Below, piece by piece: positions 45,855 to 56,149 of a stretch of DNA of 64,000 nt (position 1 is the stretch's first letter; the number at the start of each line of letters is the position of its first letter). This DNA is from Histomonas meleagridis 2922-C6/04-290x (taxonomy: Eukaryota > Protista > Parabasalia). The stretch spans positions 1-64,000 of the forward strand of contig JAANOX010000138.1 in NCBI GenBank assembly GCA_020184695.1, in the 5' to 3' direction. Made by a program: the position numbers and the translations under genes. A model generated the notes under the pieces. It worked only from the letters and a program-made list of their open reading frames with translations, was not told the origin of the DNA and did not search any database.

Positions 45855-48335
45855 TTAATATACATCTGCCATATTCCTTAAGAAGCATTGCACATACGGT
45901 AACAGTTGCGGGTCGTCTTTATACATTTGTATCTTGCGGACGAAGTCGAATTTCTTCAAATGTTCTCTCGTTTCTTTGTACATGCTCAAAGTACATATCA
46001 ATGAAATCGCGAAGCTTCTCCAGCCATCGCTTTCGATCATTACTTGGAGCGCTGGTAACAATTCCAAGAATTCCGAATTGTATTGAACACGTGCTAATGT
46101 TTCAGATACAACAATCATATTCATGATTGCCGACGAATCCTTAATGCTCAACATTTTCTTATAAAATATAGATAAGAAATGTGCGTTTGAAATATTATTC
46201 ATAAAGTTATTATTAATTGGTAAATTTTTAATTATTAAACTTATGACGCAATTCAATTTTTGACTGGAGTCGTTACATAAACATATCAAAAAGTCGGCCA
46301 ATTGATTGCATTCAATTATAACTTTTTTAGAGCTGTCAAACCGCAAAACCGTTAACAATAATTTTGTTGTCATTTTTAACGTCGGCAACTTTAACGTAAT
46401 CCAATAATTAATTTGGTTCGAAACCGCCAACGATACGTCTTCATTATTGAGACATTTATTCATTAAAACGTTTAAAGGGAATTTGTCAATTTTTGCGTTA
46501 TTTAATAAACTTTTGATAATCATTTCATCAAATTTAATATCGTTATTTTGTAATAAAATAATATGTAAATAATAATTATAATTTGTGTCATCCAAATATT
46601 TATAAATTAATTCTTTTCTCACGAATTGAAACATAATTTGATTCGCACAAATCGCTTTAAACATATAAACTTTTGTATCATTTTCATTACTTTCTAAAGT
46701 TTTCTCAAATATATTTTTAATGTTCTCTTTAAACTTATACAAGAACTCATTATTCACCAAGAAAACATTAAAAATTATTTCCAAAATCGGCAAAAATTTT
46801 AACTTCTCAACAAAAACATTCACATTATTAAAAAATATCTCTAACGCATCCAAGTAACTTGGAGGCTGCGGATATGTCGTCAAATATATACATAACAACT
46901 TTAACACTTTCTCCGGTACATAATTAATGAATTTCGTCATGTTTTGTAATATTTCGGGAGTGATCTCGAATGGATGCTTAAGAAAGATAATGTATAATAT
47001 GACGCAAATTTCATTCGAACATTTTACGTCATCGAATTTCAAATGTAAATGAGTCCCTTTCGATACAAATGAGTTCGAAAATTGCGTACCTTGCTTTAAT
47101 AGCAGTATAATGACATTAAGTATTGATTGATATGCTTTCGTTGGTAATTGTTTCTCAAAATATTTAATTAAAGTGGTGAAGAAATGCCCGGAAAATTGTG
47201 GCTCAACTGTAATCGCTATCTTCTCTAAGTCACTGCCAAATGTGGGAGAATTTACATCACGTGGCATAACAACCTTTTGTACTTTTGTCATGTTTGTATT
47301 TGTGTTTGGTTGTTGCTTCGGGATTTGCGTTTGTGGTTGTTTCGATTGTTCATTTGAAACATTATTTTTGTTTTGAAATTGTACTGGTAAATGTTGATAT
47401 TTCTTAAACGTGGGAATGGTTTTGCTTTTAATGTCATGAAATAATTGGGTAATGACATCATCATTAGTATCAGGAAATTTGGCTTTATGATGTTTGAAGG
47501 TTTTAAGGATTTTCTTAAATGATGGACGCTTGGATGGGTTTTGGTCCCAACAAGAAGTGATCAAGTCGCGTAGAGATGGCGGAGTCTTTGATGGGATTTT
47601 CGGCCGTTTATTTTCCTTGCATACGGCGTACGCAACTTGCATAGGTTTCATGTCGTGGAACGGCATATGACCAGTAAGTAATTCCCATAATAGTATCCCG
47701 TAAGCATAGACATCAACTTTATAATCATATGAGCTGGATACAAATAGTTCAGGAGCCATCCAATGAACAGTACCAACATTGGTGGTCATGTAATCATTCT
47801 TGTTTTCTTGGTGAAATCGAGAAAGTCCAAAATCACAGATTTTGGGACCATAATTCGAATCAAGTAATATGTTAAGAGACTTTAAATCTCGATGAATAAT
47901 CCCTAGTTTGTTGAGCGTTTGGACACCACAAGCTATGCCTATGGCTATAATTGTCTTTTCAGTTCCTGTAAGAACTTTTTCGGATTTATGTGAATGTAAT
48001 ATGTCATATAAACATCCATTTGGAATGTATTCAGTAACAATTGCATATGGAACTGTGGTGGTGAAACCAATAAAATCAAGTACAAATCGATTATTAGCAA
48101 GAGCAAGAATTCGTATTTCACGATCAAATAGCATCATGCGATCGTGATGAAGGTTTTTGTAGTTTAAAATCTTGAGTGCACATAGTTGGCCAGTTTTCTT
48201 ATTAAGTCCGACATATACTTTACTAAATCCTCCTTGACCTATTTTCTTTCCTATCTCAAATTGATCCAATGTAATAACATATTTGGAAAATTCGGCTGAA
48301 AGTTCTTCGATACTGTTGCATTGTTTTTGTGCCAT
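45855..48335 (-). CDS. TKL-family protein kinase with C-terminal helical (ARM-like) region
   Basis: GQGGFSKV, CALK, IIHRDLKSLNILL, KICDFGLSR, GTVHWMAPEL, DVYAYGILLWEL; first ATG 48335. Confidence 0.9.
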   Translation of the reverse strand: MAQKQCNSIEELSAEFSKYVITLDQFEIGKKIGQGGFSKVYVGLNKKTGQLCALKILNYKNLHHDRMMLFDREIRILALANNRFVLDFIGFTTTVPYAIVTEYIPNGCLYDILHSHKSEKVLTGTEKTIIAIGIACGVQTLNKLGIIHRDLKSLNILLDSNYGPKICDFGLSRFHQENKNDYMTTNVGTVHWMAPELFVSSSYDYKVDVYAYGILLWELLTGHMPFHDMKPMQVAYAVCKENKRPKIPSKTPPSLRDLITSCWDQNPSKRPSFKKILKTFKHHKAKFPDTNDDVITQLFHDIKSKTIPTFKKYQHLPVQFQNKNNVSNEQSKQPQTQIPKQQPNTNTNMTKVQKVVMPRDVNSPTFGSDLEKIAITVEPQFSGHFFTTLIKYFEKQLPTKAYQSILNVIILLLKQGTQFSNSFVSKGTHLHLKFDDVKCSNEICVILYIIFLKHPFEITPEILQNMTKFINYVPEKVLKLLCIYLTTYPQPPSYLDALEIFFNNVNVFVEKLKFLPILEIIFNVFLVNNEFLYKFKENIKNIFEKTLESNENDTKVYMFKAICANQIMFQFVRKELIYKYLDDTNYNYYLHIILLQNNDIKFDEMIIKSLLNNAKIDKFPLNVLMNKCLNNEDVSLAVSNQINYWITLKLPTLKMTTKLLLTVLRFDSSKKVIIECNQLADFLICLCNDSSQKLNCVISLIIKNLPINNNFMNNISNAHFLSIFYKKMLSIKDSSAIMNMIVVSETLARVQYNSEFLELLPALQVMIESDGWRSFAISLICTLSMYKETREHLKKFDFVRKIQMYKDDPQLLPYVQCFLRNMADVY

Positions 48336-48814
48336 TGAGTTGAGATTTTTTTCGGAATGGAAATTCAATTAAACGGTCGAAAAGTCGTCTGTTAAAATCC
48401 TTGAAATCAGTTCAATTCCAACGGCAAAAATTCTTTTTTTCATTTGTTAATATGTTAACATAGGTTCTAGATTTATTCGACATTTAAAAAAACATAATTG
48501 TTCGAAAAAAACATTTAATTAAATTTCTTCAATTTAACCAAAAAATATAATTATTAAAAATTATTATAAACAAATGTACTTTCAAAGAAAAATACATGCT
48601 AAACGAAGGATAAAAATACAATTATATGCAAGAAAGTTGATCGAACGTAATTAGTTTTTCAGGAAAAAAAACAATTGAATTTCCGTTTGTAAACATAACA
48701 AAAATCGTAATTTTTGAACGCAACGTTCAACGTGTTCTGAATTATGTAAAAACTGTTATTGTTACACAATTTTTCAATTGCCTGATCAGATAACCGCCGG
48801 CCCACTTTTAGCTA

Positions 48815-49675
48815 ATGAAGCCAGCAACGAGCATTACAATAGGAAAGGAATGTATAAAATGTGGAAGATGTGTTCTTGCATGCCCATGTTTAATACTCTC
48901 TTTTGACAAGTCAAAGAACATTAAAGTTAATAATCTTGATAGCTGTATTGGATGTGGCCATTGTGCTGCAATTTGTCCAACTCATGCCCTTCAACATTCA
49001 CTCTTCCCACCCGAGAAAATAAAGCCAATCAACTTTGAGAAATGTCCAACTCCAGAAGCAACATTCAATTTAATTAAGAAACGTCGTTCCAATAGATTAA
49101 TGTCCGACAAGCCAATACCTCAAGAGTATTTGGACAAGATCATTGAAGCTGCTCGTTATGCGCCAACAGCAAGAAACATTGATGATGTTGAATACACAAT
49201 TGTTTCTTCAAAAGAAAAATTAAAAGTTCTTACCGAATTCACGATTTCTGAATTCCAAAAGGTCGTTGACAAATTGACTAATCCTATCCTCAAGCCTATT
49301 CTCAAAATTATCAATCCTGATTCCTTCCAAAGTCTTCCAAAATTACAACATGTTATCGAAGAATATAAGAAAGGCAACGATGTAGTCCTTAGAAGAACAA
49401 AGTCTGTCATTCTTTTCCACTCAAAGGCAAATGATACATTTACAATTGCACACCAAAACATGTCATACCAAAACGCATCATTGATGGCTGAGAGCTTAGG
49501 CGTGGCACAGTTCTATTTGGGCTATATGTGTTCGGCCATCTTTATGAATAAGGGACAACTTGAAAAGGAACTCGGAATCGATGGCAAAATCGGTGCAGCA
49601 ATCGGACTCGGAATGCCAATAAGCAAGTTCGAGAATTTCGTCGAAAGAGAAACTCCCAAAGTCAAAGTTTTATAA
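48815..49675 (+). CDS. Nitroreductase with N-terminal 2x[4Fe-4S] ferredoxin domain
   Basis: CIKCGRCVLACP and CIGCGHCAAICP; nitroreductase core IKKRRSNR..ARYAPTARN..LMAESLGV. Confidence 0.92.
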   Translation: MKPATSITIGKECIKCGRCVLACPCLILSFDKSKNIKVNNLDSCIGCGHCAAICPTHALQHSLFPPEKIKPINFEKCPTPEATFNLIKKRRSNRLMSDKPIPQEYLDKIIEAARYAPTARNIDDVEYTIVSSKEKLKVLTEFTISEFQKVVDKLTNPILKPILKIINPDSFQSLPKLQHVIEEYKKGNDVVLRRTKSVILFHSKANDTFTIAHQNMSYQNASLMAESLGVAQFYLGYMCSAIFMNKGQLEKELGIDGKIGAAIGLGMPISKFENFVERETPKVKVL

Positions 49676-50027
49676 AACGTTATTCGCTGCAAATATTTTA
49701 TTTTGAAATCATCTTACAAAATGTTATTGTGAAATAGTTTCATGAGGATTTGGAATTAAATCGAATAATTTTTTGTTGAATTTGCATTTTCAGAAAAGTT
49801 TTCATTAACTGTTTCAAGATGTAAAATAAGACACTAAATTACAGGAATTTCAAGAATAATTTTGTGTCAACTAAAAATGGTGATAACGATTTCGATAAGA
49901 TTTGATTCTTGAGTAAGTTTGAGTGAAATTTTCATTTTAAAATAAAAACAATTTTTAATGAATTAATCTCACATTGTGTATTGTGTCTCTTTTTAATGTC
50001 ACCTAATTGATACAAACATAAAAACAT

Positions 50028-51101
50028 TTATTCAACACCGCAACAATCGAAACAACATTTTCCTCTATCATCATCTCCACCCAGTAAAAATATCTCATTA
50101 GTTTCTTCTTTTGACGATCTCATTGGCATTACTGTATGTGACTGGTTATAGTCATATACATCACTTCCTCTTCTTGTTGGATATTGGAAGATTGAATTTA
50201 GCTCAAACTCACTTAACTTCTCCCAATCATATGGATCTGAAGCCTCTTTTCCAATGCCCCTTAGTGCTTGACTTAATTCTAGCAGAATCATGTCGTAATC
50301 GGGCATATCTTCGTAATTTAGCTGCAAAAGTGACAAAATAATGTTCTCAAATTCTTTTGGAGCGTTTTTCGTGAGTTCTAAAGGAGTAATTGCCTCTTTC
50401 ATCTCCATCACACTGTCTTTATCATGAACATTACTCCATGGAAGTTCCCCATCGAGCATTTCAATCATTGTATGAAACCATGATATCATATCATCACGTG
50501 GACCAAGATCAACTTTTTTGTGTGCGTTAAGTGAGGAGTATTTACACGTTCCAATGAAGCATGAAACTGAGGACTGTTGATGTGGTTTGCCTGTGACTGG
50601 ATCAATAAATCTTTTGGCAAGACCAAAATCAATAAGACAAAGTGGAGTGGGATTTTTGAGACGAACAAGAAAATTCTGAGGTTTGACATCACGATGAACA
50701 AAACCGCGCGCATGGAATTCACGAAGCATACAAACCATTTCCATTCCTAGCCTTATCGTGGTGGAAACAGAGAATTTACCATTAGGTAAAAAAGCTTTGA
50801 CTCTGGAAAGAGATGGTCCGAGTAATTCCATTACAATGTAATTATTCTGCCCAAATGTGCCATGTGAATAAAGCTTGGGAAAATAAAGACTGCCTTGAAT
50901 TTGCCTAAGGATTGAATATTCAATGTCAAATTGAGATGTTCTTCTTTTAGGTTTTTCGATTTTCATTGCATATGGTTGATTAGTTCCAATTTCTCGAACG
51001 AAAAAAACAGACCCAAATCCTCCATTTGCAATTATTTTTATTACACGGTAGTTATTAATAATATCGAAAGGTTGAATTTGGCAGGGATCAGCCAAACTCA
51101 T
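50028..51101 (-). CDS. CK1-family (CK1/TTBK-like) kinase
   Basis: GGFGSV, YAMK, MELLGPSL, VHRDVKPQNF, LIDFGLAK, IGTCKYSSLNAH; Cys-rich C-terminus. The track start is TTG; first ATG is 51101. Confidence 0.92.
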   Translation of the reverse strand: MSLADPCQIQPFDIINNYRVIKIIANGGFGSVFFVREIGTNQPYAMKIEKPKRRTSQFDIEYSILRQIQGSLYFPKLYSHGTFGQNNYIVMELLGPSLSRVKAFLPNGKFSVSTTIRLGMEMVCMLREFHARGFVHRDVKPQNFLVRLKNPTPLCLIDFGLAKRFIDPVTGKPHQQSSVSCFIGTCKYSSLNAHKKVDLGPRDDMISWFHTMIEMLDGELPWSNVHDKDSVMEMKEAITPLELTKNAPKEFENIILSLLQLNYEDMPDYDMILLELSQALRGIGKEASDPYDWEKLSEFELNSIFQYPTRRGSDVYDYNQSHTVMPMRSSKEETNEIFLLGGDDDRGKCCFDCCGVE

Positions 51102-51656
51102 TGGAATTTGGGGTGGGCCATTTTTTATGTTGAAAATGATCCCACAATAACCGTCCAGCAAAAAATTATGATTACTGCGCTATTTATTATGTTTTAAATT
51201 ATAATTGCCATCTTCTTCAATATATTTCTTAAAAAGTTCCCAACCATTCTTTGAAAGTTCGTAACTATCATCAACAACTTGAAAAAAAATCATGAAAAAT
51301 AAGAATTTAATTGTGATTTCTTGATTTGACACATAAATATGAAACCAAAGTTCATTTTTAAATGAAATAAATAAAGAATTAAGATTTTTTTGGAAATATA
51401 TATTAATATTAAAAAATTTTATTTAATGTATTTTATATGCATCATCCATATTCTAAAGGAAAAAACAAATAGTAAACCAGACTTCTGATGAATATTTGAA
51501 GATATTAATTTCATTTCTTTTTTAACTATTAATTAAACAAATTCTTCACTTAGGCTAAGTGTACCTAAATAATTCAATAAGGTTTACACAAAAAACTGCA
51601 GTTTGAAAAAGTACGTTAATTACAATAAAGGGAACGTTTATTCAAAAAAAAGCGCC

Positions 51657-52214
51657 ATGGAAGAACTCAGTGAACTCCAACTTCAAGCTATGTCTCAATT
51701 CGAAAACACATCAATCCCACCTCAAGGGGGAAACGCCACTGAGAACAATAAGTTAAAGCGGCCGCCAAATGCATTTCTTCTATATTGTATCGAAAATCGA
51801 GCAAAAATACGAGAACAAAATCCAGACGCATCAAACATTGAAGCTTCCAAAATTCTAGCAGACCTATGGAAAGCAATGAGCGAAGAAAGCAGGCTCCCTT
51901 ATAAAAATAAAGCTAAAATAGAGCAACAAAAATTTAAAACCAACAACCCTGAATACAGCTACGAAAGAGCAAAGAAAAAGCGGGCATATAGGAAATCAAA
52001 TAATCTTCCAATGAAACCTATGCAAATTAATATTCCTGATTTGAAAATATTGGTGAATCTCCCTCTTGATCAATTAAAACAAACATTGCTTCAATTGCAA
52101 GAGCAGTTTTATGGATCATGTCAGGAGATTCAGCAAATATTGCAAGACTATGAAATTTTCCAACGTCCAACAGAAAACAATTTTTCTAATCAAGTATTCC
52201 AACAATGCCAATAA
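51657..52214 (+). CDS. HMG-box protein (SOX/MATA-HMG-like)
   Basis: KRPPNAFLLYC..NRAKI..ASKILADLWKAMSEE..PY; ATG 51657. Confidence 0.85.
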   Translation: MEELSELQLQAMSQFENTSIPPQGGNATENNKLKRPPNAFLLYCIENRAKIREQNPDASNIEASKILADLWKAMSEESRLPYKNKAKIEQQKFKTNNPEYSYERAKKKRAYRKSNNLPMKPMQINIPDLKILVNLPLDQLKQTLLQLQEQFYGSCQEIQQILQDYEIFQRPTENNFSNQVFQQCQ

Positions 52215-52680
52215 ACTGTTATCGAACTATTTATGTACTTATATGCGAAGTTATTCATAAAAAATGAATATTTCACAATTTGTTTGAAAAACTATATTTT
52301 TTTCAAAAGCATTTTTTCTATTAAAGAATCTACACTAATATCATATCATTAATCATAAAAAATGAAAACGAGGTTCATTTCTCATTATATGAGGCAAAAA
52401 TATTGTTTCATTTTAATAAAACAAATATAGCACCTTAGTGCCTCAATAAAGCAATAAATTTTTTATCATTATCAAATTCTCTTTAGTTATCCTTTTTTTT
52501 TAAGTTTCTTCCTGCAAATTAACCCTAAAATATTTACAACAATTCAAATATCCGGATGTAACTTTTTCAATAGCGTTTTTGAATCGAACAAGCAAAATTC
52601 AATGCACATATCAAATTTTAATTTTAACCCCAGCATAACCGCAAAACAAATTCCAAAATTGGATTCGCAAATTTCTACAA

Positions 52681-53223
52681 ATGGAAACATACACACTTCA
52701 TTTGCATTATGGAAATGGTGACCCGATATCAGTAGTTGTCAATTCACATTCTACAATCACTGAAATTGAACCATATCTTCCATCTGGAAATCATCAATTT
52801 TACTATAAAAACATTCAACTAATTCCATCTTTTACTTTTAAGTGGTTCGGTATTGAAGATAATGCACATATATACGTAAGAGATCAACCAGAATCGAAAA
52901 AGAAAAGAGCATCAAAATCTAGTTTCAAAAAGAAAACAAAGAAATTTTCATTACCTCAAGCATTGTCTAATGAAAATGCAAGGATGAAAGACCAGTTCTT
53001 TAGCAAAGTGGAGGGTACGGTTTTTTGTTATCGAAATATCATCAAAAGATTTGTAAATGCTTCGTCAGTTTCTGATCTTCCTACAACACCGCCAAGTTGG
53101 ACAACTATTTCACCGCCACCTCGAGGCGGTCCAGCTACGGAACAATTGCCAAGATTCTGGTCTGACCATTCTAGTGACGAGGATATAACAGTTCCTGTAA
53201 TTTCATCACCTTGTACCGATTAA
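52681..53223 (+). CDS. Ubiquitin-like domain protein, unknown function
   Basis: N-terminal Ubl-like segment (L.PSFTFKWFGIEDNAHIYV), then a basic stretch and a Pro/Ser-rich tail; intact ATG ORF. Confidence 0.6.
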   Translation: METYTLHLHYGNGDPISVVVNSHSTITEIEPYLPSGNHQFYYKNIQLIPSFTFKWFGIEDNAHIYVRDQPESKKKRASKSSFKKKTKKFSLPQALSNENARMKDQFFSKVEGTVFCYRNIIKRFVNASSVSDLPTTPPSWTTISPPPRGGPATEQLPRFWSDHSSDEDITVPVISSPCTD

Positions 53224-53639
53224 CTGTCTCTAAAAAATATATATAAACAAATACAAAAAAAAAATATTTTATTCACATTTATAATAATTTGATGGAAACC
53301 GAGTTCATCTTTAGTTTAACAATGCACTTTTAATTTAGTAAATAACATATTTCTCAAAAAATTGTAAAATGCCTTCATGTATTCGAATGAATCATGAATG
53401 CAAAACTATTTACTTAACCTTTTACCTTTCAGTTCCTAATGATATAACTTTTCTCCCAAAACCTTATCAACATTTCTTTTCACACAGCAAATAATAACAT
53501 GTCTTCTGTAGTCAGTCCTAAAATACTTCGTCATATATATCACTTAAAATGAAGTAAAACATTCGCTGCAAATTTTTTTCCATTGCAGAACTTCAGCTGT
53601 AAGTAACATTTCATTCAAATTTCAGTTTATTTCATTCAT

Positions 53640-54992
53640 TTAGTCTTCCATTGCTTCTCCTTCGCCTTCGCCTTCTTCCTCTTCTTCGCCTACTTCGTCA
53701 ATTCCAACTGTTTCGTACATTTCGTACTCCTGTATCAAGTCGGTCATGTTCGATCTCGCCTCATCGAATTCGACTGTTTCGAGTCCTTCGTTTACGTACC
53801 AATGGATGAAAGCTCTTCGAGCGTACATCTTTTGGAACTGTGAGTCGACGCGTGTGAACAATTCTCTGAATGCGGTTGTGTTGCCAATGAATGTTGCTGC
53901 CATCTTAAGACCTCGTGGTGGGATATCGCAGATGGAGCTCTTCACGTTGTTTGGAATCCATTCGACGAAGTACGACGTGTTACGCGCTTGGATGTTAAGC
54001 ATTTGCTCATCAACTTCTTTGGATGACATTCTTCCACGGAAATGTGCGGAAACAGTTAAGTAAACACCACGGCGTGGGTCGCAGGCGGCCATCATGTTCT
54101 TGTTATCGAATAATTGTGATGTAAGTTCGGGGACCGTTAACGCGCGATATTGTTGTGAGCCGCGGGATGTGAGTGGAGCGAAGCCTACGATGAAGAAGTG
54201 AAGACGCGGGAATGGGACAAGGTTAACTGCAAGCTTACGAAGATCAGAGTTGAGTTGACCTGGGAATCTTAATGAGCATGTTGTACCGGACATAACCATT
54301 GATACGAGATGGTTAAGATCACCATATGTGGGTGTGGTGAGCTTTAAGGTACGGAAGCAAATGTCATAAAGGGCTTCGTTATCAATGCAGAAAACTTCAT
54401 CAGCAGATTCAACAAGTTGGTGAACAGAAAGAGTGCAGTTGTATGGTTCGACAACGGTATCAGAAACCTTTGGTGATGGAACAATGGAATATGTGGAAAG
54501 AATACGATCTGGATATTCTTCACGAAGTTTGTTAAGAAGAAGAGTACCAAGGCCTGAGCCAGTGCCACCACCAAGAGAGTGAACAAGTTGGAATCCTTGA
54601 AGGGCATCACAAGATTCGGCTTCTTTACGAACAACATCAAGAATAGATTCGGCAAGTTCTTGACCTTCAGTGTAATAACCTTTAGCCCAGTTGTTACCAG
54701 CACCAGATTGACCGAAAACGAAGTTATCTGGTCGGAACAATTGACCATATTGACCAGCACGAACTGCATCCATAGTGCCTGGTTCAAGATCTACAAGGAC
54801 AGCACGTGGAACATATTTGCCGCCAGTAGCTTCATTATAATAAACGTTGATTCTTTCTAATTGAAGATCACTATCGCCATGGAATGAACCAGTAGGATCA
54901 ATACCATGTTCATCTGAGATAACTTCCCAGAACTTGGCACCGATTTGGTTTCCGCATTGGCCTGCTTGGAGGTGAACAATTTCACGAACCAT
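53640..54992 (-). CDS. TUBB: Beta-tubulin
   Basis: MVREIV start, GGGTGSG, full 450-aa conserved sequence with acidic tail. Confidence 0.99.
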   Translation of the reverse strand: MVREIVHLQAGQCGNQIGAKFWEVISDEHGIDPTGSFHGDSDLQLERINVYYNEATGGKYVPRAVLVDLEPGTMDAVRAGQYGQLFRPDNFVFGQSGAGNNWAKGYYTEGQELAESILDVVRKEAESCDALQGFQLVHSLGGGTGSGLGTLLLNKLREEYPDRILSTYSIVPSPKVSDTVVEPYNCTLSVHQLVESADEVFCIDNEALYDICFRTLKLTTPTYGDLNHLVSMVMSGTTCSLRFPGQLNSDLRKLAVNLVPFPRLHFFIVGFAPLTSRGSQQYRALTVPELTSQLFDNKNMMAACDPRRGVYLTVSAHFRGRMSSKEVDEQMLNIQARNTSYFVEWIPNNVKSSICDIPPRGLKMAATFIGNTTAFRELFTRVDSQFQKMYARRAFIHWYVNEGLETVEFDEARSNMTDLIQEYEMYETVGIDEVGEEEEEGEGEGEAMED

Positions 54993-55097
54993 CCAAAAAA
55001 GTAAAAAAACGGATTTCTCAGAAATTTCAATTATTTATTCAAAATCGACAAAAAATAATCTTAAACGTACAAAATATAAGGGCTTCCCATTGACAAA

Positions 55098-55167
55098 TGT
55101 TGCTTTAGGCCTCACATTACATTCATGACACATGACACATTACATTCATGTGAGGCCTAAAGCAACA
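55098..55167. repeat. 70-bp element with a perfect 20-bp inverted repeat (MITE-like or cruciform)
   Basis: TGTTGCTTTAGGCCTCACAT (55098-55117) and its exact reverse complement (55148-55167) flank a 30-nt loop; CACATTACATTCATG occurs twice; AAA on both flanks. Confidence 0.85.
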
Positions 55168-56149
55168 AAAGTTCCAAGATTATTAAACATATTAATCAAC
55201 CTTTAAGAGCCCCGTCAAAAAAATGTGTTTCCTTTGTTAGTATTTGCAGTTTCTATAGCATTTTCTTTATCATTATATTGTTTAAGTTTAGCAAACATCT
55301 AATGTTAAAGATTCGTTTTTTCGTTTTGCTTAGAATGGGTTTCGTTTTAGTAACTGAGTTGTTTTCGATAATTATCTACATCCTTATAAACAATTCAAAC
55401 AGTATCTACCACAATTTGAGTGGAATGTCTGTTTCGAAACCAAGTTTACATGACATCGAAATCAAAAAAAAGAGGCGGTTTAATTCAATGACTGCTAAAC
55501 AAAATACCACATATATACAAATTTAAACACAAAAAAAATTTCAAACCGCAGCAACACCCTGAAAAAAATACGCAAATATATCAGACATGTTTCTCATCTC
55601 TTTGTCGTTTTCAGGAAACTCATAATATATTATATCATTCTTCCGACATACTATTGCAAACAGAATTGACTCAGAATGTCTATGACGATAATTTCAAAAA
55701 TACACTTATATCTTATCCGAAAATCATTTTAAATAAACCATATTCAGCGACCAAAAAAAGTGAATGATCGTAATGAATTATTCTATTCCAATTTTTATTC
55801 AGATTTTTTTTCGAATACAAAGCAATACGATCACCAAAAAAATGTAATTATTTCGAACTATTTGTTATTAAAACCATCTCCATTTGCGATACCTATAAGT
55901 AAAATTATATCATCTTACAATGAAAAATCATTATTATTTAATAAATTCCGAAATATTTTATCAGATTTTATGCAGATAAATTTATATCTTATTGAATTTA
56001 ATATGATTTCATTGTTTTTGATTTATATGATACTTTATTTATCACTATTTTTTTTTACAAAATTATAAGAAGACAAATAATACGACCAAAATTGTTTTTT
56101 TTTTCATATTTCTTTTTTCATTCAAACGAATGAAACATATGATTCAACA

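Noticed and set aside
16346-51101. Five kinases plus two flagellar genes as a functional cluster
   Set aside because: Kinase density is ordinary for the expanded trichomonad kinome; there is no shared orientation or evidence of co-regulation.
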